Assembly: GCA_038087875.1 (NCBI GenBank)
Contig: CM075997.1
Span: 9,116,001 to 9,180,000, forward strand
Direction: 5' to 3'
Source of the DNA: Malacoraja senta
Lineage: Eukaryota
Length of the DNA stretch: 64,000 nt
Shown here: one piece after another, positions 60,175 to 64,000 of the stretch
How positions within the stretch are numbered: position 1 is the first letter of the stretch
How the letters are laid out: the number at the start of each line of letters is the position of its first letter
Made by a program: the position numbers and the translations under genes
Notes under the pieces: model-generated
Told to the model about the DNA's origin: nothing
The model's input: only the letters and a program-made list of their open reading frames with translations
The model's database searches: none

Positions 60175-63125
60175 AACGGTTGGGGGGAGGGACTCAAATA
60201 GAGAAAGCTAGTGGAAAATGTGGGAGGCAGAAGGCAGAGAAGGGAAGCACTCGGACCCAAAATGTAGGGGAGAAAGAAGAAAAAGATAATGATCAGAGAA
60301 TAAGTGGTGGTGGGTTTCTTAAATGTGTATATTTTAATGCTAGGAGCATTGTAAGAAAGGTGGATGAGCTTAGAGCCTGGATTGACACCTGGAAGTATGA
60401 TGTTGTGGCGATCAGTGAAACATGGTTGCAGGAGGGCTGTGATTGGAAACTAAATATTCCAGGATTTCGTTGCTTCAGGGGTGATAGAATTGGAGGGGCA
60501 AGAGGTGGGGGTGTTGCATTGCTTGTCAAGGAAGATATTACAGCAGTGCTTTGGCAGGATAGATTAGAGGGCTCGTCTAGGGAGGCTATTTGGGTGGAAC
60601 TGAGAAATGGGAAAGGTGTAGCAACACTTATAGGGGTGTATTATAGACCGCCAAATGGGGAGCGAGAATTGGAAGAGCAAATATGTAAGGAGATAGCAGA
60701 TATTAGTAGTAAGCACAAGGTAGTGATTGTGGGAGATTTCAATTTTCCAAACATAGACTGGGAAACACATTCTGTAAAAGGGCTGGATGGTTTGGAGTTT
60801 GTAAAATGTGTGCAAGATAGTTTTTTGCAGCAATACATAGAGGTACCTACTAGAGAAGGGGCAGTGCTAGACCTCCTGTTAGGAAATGAGACAGGGCAGG
60901 TGGCGGAGGTATGCGTCGGGGAGCACTTCAGGTCCAGTGATCACAATACCATTAGTTTCAATATAATTATGGTGAGGGTCAGAACTGGACCTAGGGTTGA
61001 GATTTTTGTTTGGAGAAAGGCTAACTTTGAGGAGATGCGAAAGGATTTAAAAGGAGTGAATTGGGACATGTTGTTTTATGGGAAGGATGTAGAAGAAAAA
61101 TGGAGGACATTTAAGGGTGACATTTTAAGAGTACAGAATCTTTATGTCCCTGTTCGGTTGAAAGGAAATAGTAAAAAATGGAAAGAGCCATGGTTTTCAA
61201 GGGAAATTGGACACTTGGTTCGGAAAAAGAGAGAGATCTACAATAATTATAGGCAGCATGGAGTAAATGAGGTGCTTGAGGAGTATAAAGAATGTAAAAT
61301 GAATATTAAGAAAGAAATTAGAAAAGCTAAAAGAAGATATGAGGTTGCTTTGGCAAGTAAGGTGAAAGTAAATTCAAAGGGTTTCTACAGCTATATTAAT
61401 AGCAAAAGGATAACAAGGAATAACATTGGTCCGTTAGAGAGTCAGAGTGGACAGCTATCTGCAGAGCCAAAAGAGATGGGGGAGATATTGAACAATTTCT
61501 TTTCTTCGGTATTCACGAAGGAGAAGGATATGGAATTATGTGAGGTAAGGGAAACAAGCAGAGTAGCAATGGAAACTGTGAGATTCAAAGAAGAGGAGGT
61601 GCGGACACTTTTGAAAAATATGAAAACGGATAAGTCTCCAGGTCCTGACAGGATATTCCCTAGGACATTAAGGAAAGTTAGTGTAGAAATAGCAGGGGCT
61701 ATGACAGAAATATTTCAAATGTCATTAGAAACGGGAATAGTGCTGGAGGATTGGCGTACTGCGCACGTTGTTCCGTTGTTTAAAAAGGGTTCGAAGAGTA
61801 AACCTAGCAATTATAGACCTGTTAGTTTGACATCAGTGGTGGGCAAATTAATGGAAAGGATACTTAAAGATAATATATATAAGCATCTCGATAAGCAGGG
61901 TCTGATTAGGAACAGTCAACATGGATTTGTGCCTGGAAGGTCATGCTTGACTAATCTTCTTGAATTTTTCGAAGAGGTTACTAGGGAAATTGATGAGGGT
62001 AAAGCAGTGGATGTTGTCTATATGGACTTCAGTAAGGCCTTTGACAAGGTTCCTCATGGAAGGTTGGTTAAGAAGATTCAATTGTTGGGTATTAATGGTG
62101 GAGTAGCAAGATGGATTCAACAGTGGCTGAATGGGAGATGCCAGAGAGTAATGGTGGATGGCTGTTTGTCAGGTTGGAGGCCGGTGACTAGTGGGGTGCC
62201 TCAGGGGTCTGTGTTGGGTCCACTGTTGTTTGTCATGTACATCAATGATCTGGATGAAGGTGTGGAAAATTGGATTAGTAAGTATGCAGATGATAGTAAG
62301 ATAGGTGGTGTTGTGGATAATGAAGTAGATTTTCAAAGTCTACAGAGAGATTTAGGCCATTTGGAAGAGTGGGCTAAAAGATGGCAGATGGAGTTTAATG
62401 CTGACAAATGTGAGGTGCTACATCTCGGCAGGACAAATCAAAATAGGACGTACACGGTAAATGGTAGCGAATTGAGGAATGCAGTTGAACAGAGGGATCT
62501 AGGAATAACTGTGCATAGTTCCCTGAAGGTGGAATCTCATGTAGATAGGGTGGTAAAGAAAGCTGTTGGTGTGCTGGCCTTTATAAATCAGAGCATTGAA
62601 TATAGAAGTTGGGATGTAATGTTAAAATTGTACAAGGCATTGGTGAGGCCAATTCTGGAGTATGGAGTACAATTTTGGTCGCCTAATTATAGGAAGGATG
62701 TCAACAAAATAGAGAGAGTACAGAGGAGATTTACTAGAATGTTGCCTGGGTTTCAGCAACTAAGTTACAGAGAGAGGTTGAACAAGTTAGGTCTTTATTC
62801 TTTGGAGCGCAGAAGGTTAAGAGGGGACTTGATAGAGGTCTTTAAAATTATGAGCGGGTTAGACAGAGTGGACGTGGATAAGCTTTTCCCATTGAGAGTA
62901 GGGAAGATTCAAACAAGGGGACATGACTTGAGAATTAAGGGACAGAAGTTTAGGGGGAACATTAGGGGGAACTTCTTTACTCAGAGAGTGGTAGCTGTGT
63001 GGAATGAGCTTCCAGTGGAAGTGGTGGAGGCAGGTTCGATGTTATCCTTTAAAAATAGATTGGATGGGTATATGGATGGGAAAGGAATGGAGGGTTATGG
63101 TCTGAGTGCAGGTAGATGGGACTAG
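60165..63125 (+). CDS. CR1 ORF2 (APE endonuclease + reverse transcriptase), uninterrupted, no AUG start
   Basis: Open for 981+ codons: FNARS, SETW, YRPP, GDFN, SDH, QHGF, DFSKAFDKV, GVPQGSVLGP, YADD. Confidence 0.95.
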   Translation, partial: FKLERLGGGTQIEKASGKCGRQKAEKGSTRTQNVGEKEEKDNDQRISGGGFLKCVYFNARSIVRKVDELRAWIDTWKYDVVAISETWLQEGCDWKLNIPGFRCFRGDRIGGARGGGVALLVKEDITAVLWQDRLEGSSREAIWVELRNGKGVATLIGVYYRPPNGERELEEQICKEIADISSKHKVVIVGDFNFPNIDWETHSVKGLDGLEFVKCVQDSFLQQYIEVPTREGAVLDLLLGNETGQVAEVCVGEHFRSSDHNTISFNIIMVRVRTGPRVEIFVWRKANFEEMRKDLKGVNWDMLFYGKDVEEKWRTFKGDILRVQNLYVPVRLKGNSKKWKEPWFSREIGHLVRKKREIYNNYRQHGVNEVLEEYKECKMNIKKEIRKAKRRYEVALASKVKVNSKGFYSYINSKRITRNNIGPLESQSGQLSAEPKEMGEILNNFFSSVFTKEKDMELCEVRETSRVAMETVRFKEEEVRTLLKNMKTDKSPGPDRIFPRTLRKVSVEIAGAMTEIFQMSLETGIVLEDWRTAHVVPLFKKGSKSKPSNYRPVSLTSVVGKLMERILKDNIYKHLDKQGLIRNSQHGFVPGRSCLTNLLEFFEEVTREIDEGKAVDVVYMDFSKAFDKVPHGRLVKKIQLLGINGGVARWIQQWLNGRCQRVMVDGCLSGWRPVTSGVPQGSVLGPLLFVMYINDLDEGVENWISKYADDSKIGGVVDNEVDFQSLQRDLGHLEEWAKRWQMEFNADKCEVLHLGRTNQNRTYTVNGSELRNAVEQRDLGITVHSSLKVESHVDRVVKKAVGVLAFINQSIEYRSWDVMLKLYKALVRPILEYGVQFWSPNYRKDVNKIERVQRRFTRMLPGFQQLSYRERLNKLGLYSLERRRLRGDLIEVFKIMSGLDRVDVDKLFPLRVGKIQTRGHDLRIKGQKFRGNIRGNFFTQRVVAVWNELPVEVVEAGSMLSFKNRLDGYMDGKGMEGYGLSAGRWD

Positions 63126-63290
63126 GGGGAAGTATTTATTTATGGTTATATGGTTATATGGTTAAACAGCCAAGGGCACCTATTGGAGAGGAGCAGAGGA
63201 TGGTTCCCAGGTATCCCAACCAATTACAACCCTCATCCCCACCACAGGAGAAGTCATCCTGGTGGCACAGAACTGTGTGTGGGATCTCGC

Positions 63291-64000
63291 TATAACCATA
63301 TAACCATATAACCATATAACCATAACAGCACGGAAACAGGCCAACTCGGCCCTTCAAGTCCATGCCCAACATTTTTTTTTAAACTGCACTCAGACCATAA
63401 CCCTCCATTCCTTTCCCGTCCATATACCCATCCAATCTATTTTTAAAGGATAACATCGAACCTGCCTCCACCACTAGCACTGGAAGCTCATTCCACACAG
63501 CTACCACTCTCTGAGTAAAGAAGTTCCCCCTAATGTTACCCCTAAACTTCTGTCCCTTAATTCTCAAGTCATGTCCCCTTGTTTGAATCTTCCCTACTCT
63601 CAATGGGAAAAGCTTATCCACGTCCACTCTGTCTAACCCGCTCATCATTTTAAAGACCTCTATCAAGTCCCCTCTTAACCTTCTGCGCTCCAAAGAATAA
63701 AGACCTAACTTGTTCAACCTTTCTCTGTAACTTAGTTGCTGAAACCCAGGCAACATTCTAGTAAATCTCCTCTGTACTCTCTCTATTTTGTTGACATCCT
63801 TCCTATAATTAGGCGACCAAAATTGTACTCCATACTCCAGAATTGGCCTCACCAATGCCTTGTACAATTTTAACATTACATCCCAACTTCTATATTCAAT
63901 GCTCTGATTTATAAAGGCCAGCACACCAAAAGCTTTCTTTACCACCCTATCTACATGAGATTCCACCTTCTGGGAACTATGCACAGTTATTCCTAGATCC
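63291..64000 (-). mobile_element. Young CR1 3' fragment (runs off the window edge)
   Basis: ORF 63379-63984 is nearly identical to the ORF2 C-terminus; (TATATGGT)n tail. Confidence 0.95.

Larger units (their letters stand above)
59258..63163 (+). mobile_element. Near-full-length young CR1 LINE (lacks 5'UTR and first ORF1 codons)
   Basis: ORF1 + intact ORF2 + (TATATGGT)n tail; collinear with the 20478-24670 copy. Confidence 0.97.

Overview
Vertebrate genomic DNA dominated by transposable elements. It is most likely a cartilaginous fish (skate/ray-like), inferred from an HE1-type V-SINE, the CR1 families and a GPR139-like receptor. The only clear host gene is an intact two-exon class A GPCR on the minus strand (GPR139/142-like, about 322 aa, 35624-37171). 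The rest is a nested mosaic: many CR1 LINEs of several subfamilies (one near-full-length copy with an intact 981-codon ORF2), a ~15 kb env-less class I (epsilon-like) endogenous retrovirus with tRNA-Pro PBS and divergent LTRs, a DIRS1-type tyrosine-recombinase retrotransposon with intact termini, three Gypsy remnants, Penelope elements with hammerhead-ribozyme motifs, L2, Rex1/Babar, a Harbinger MITE and a 48-bp minisatellite. The most notable observations are a conserved T_TTA_AAC slippery site joining CR1 ORF1 to an AUG-less ORF2 in the -1 frame, an ERV with a second zinc knuckle and a 2H-phosphoesterase-like segment before RT, and an intact DIRS ITR/ICR terminal architecture. Boundaries of old or degenerate repeats are approximate and were read by eye.
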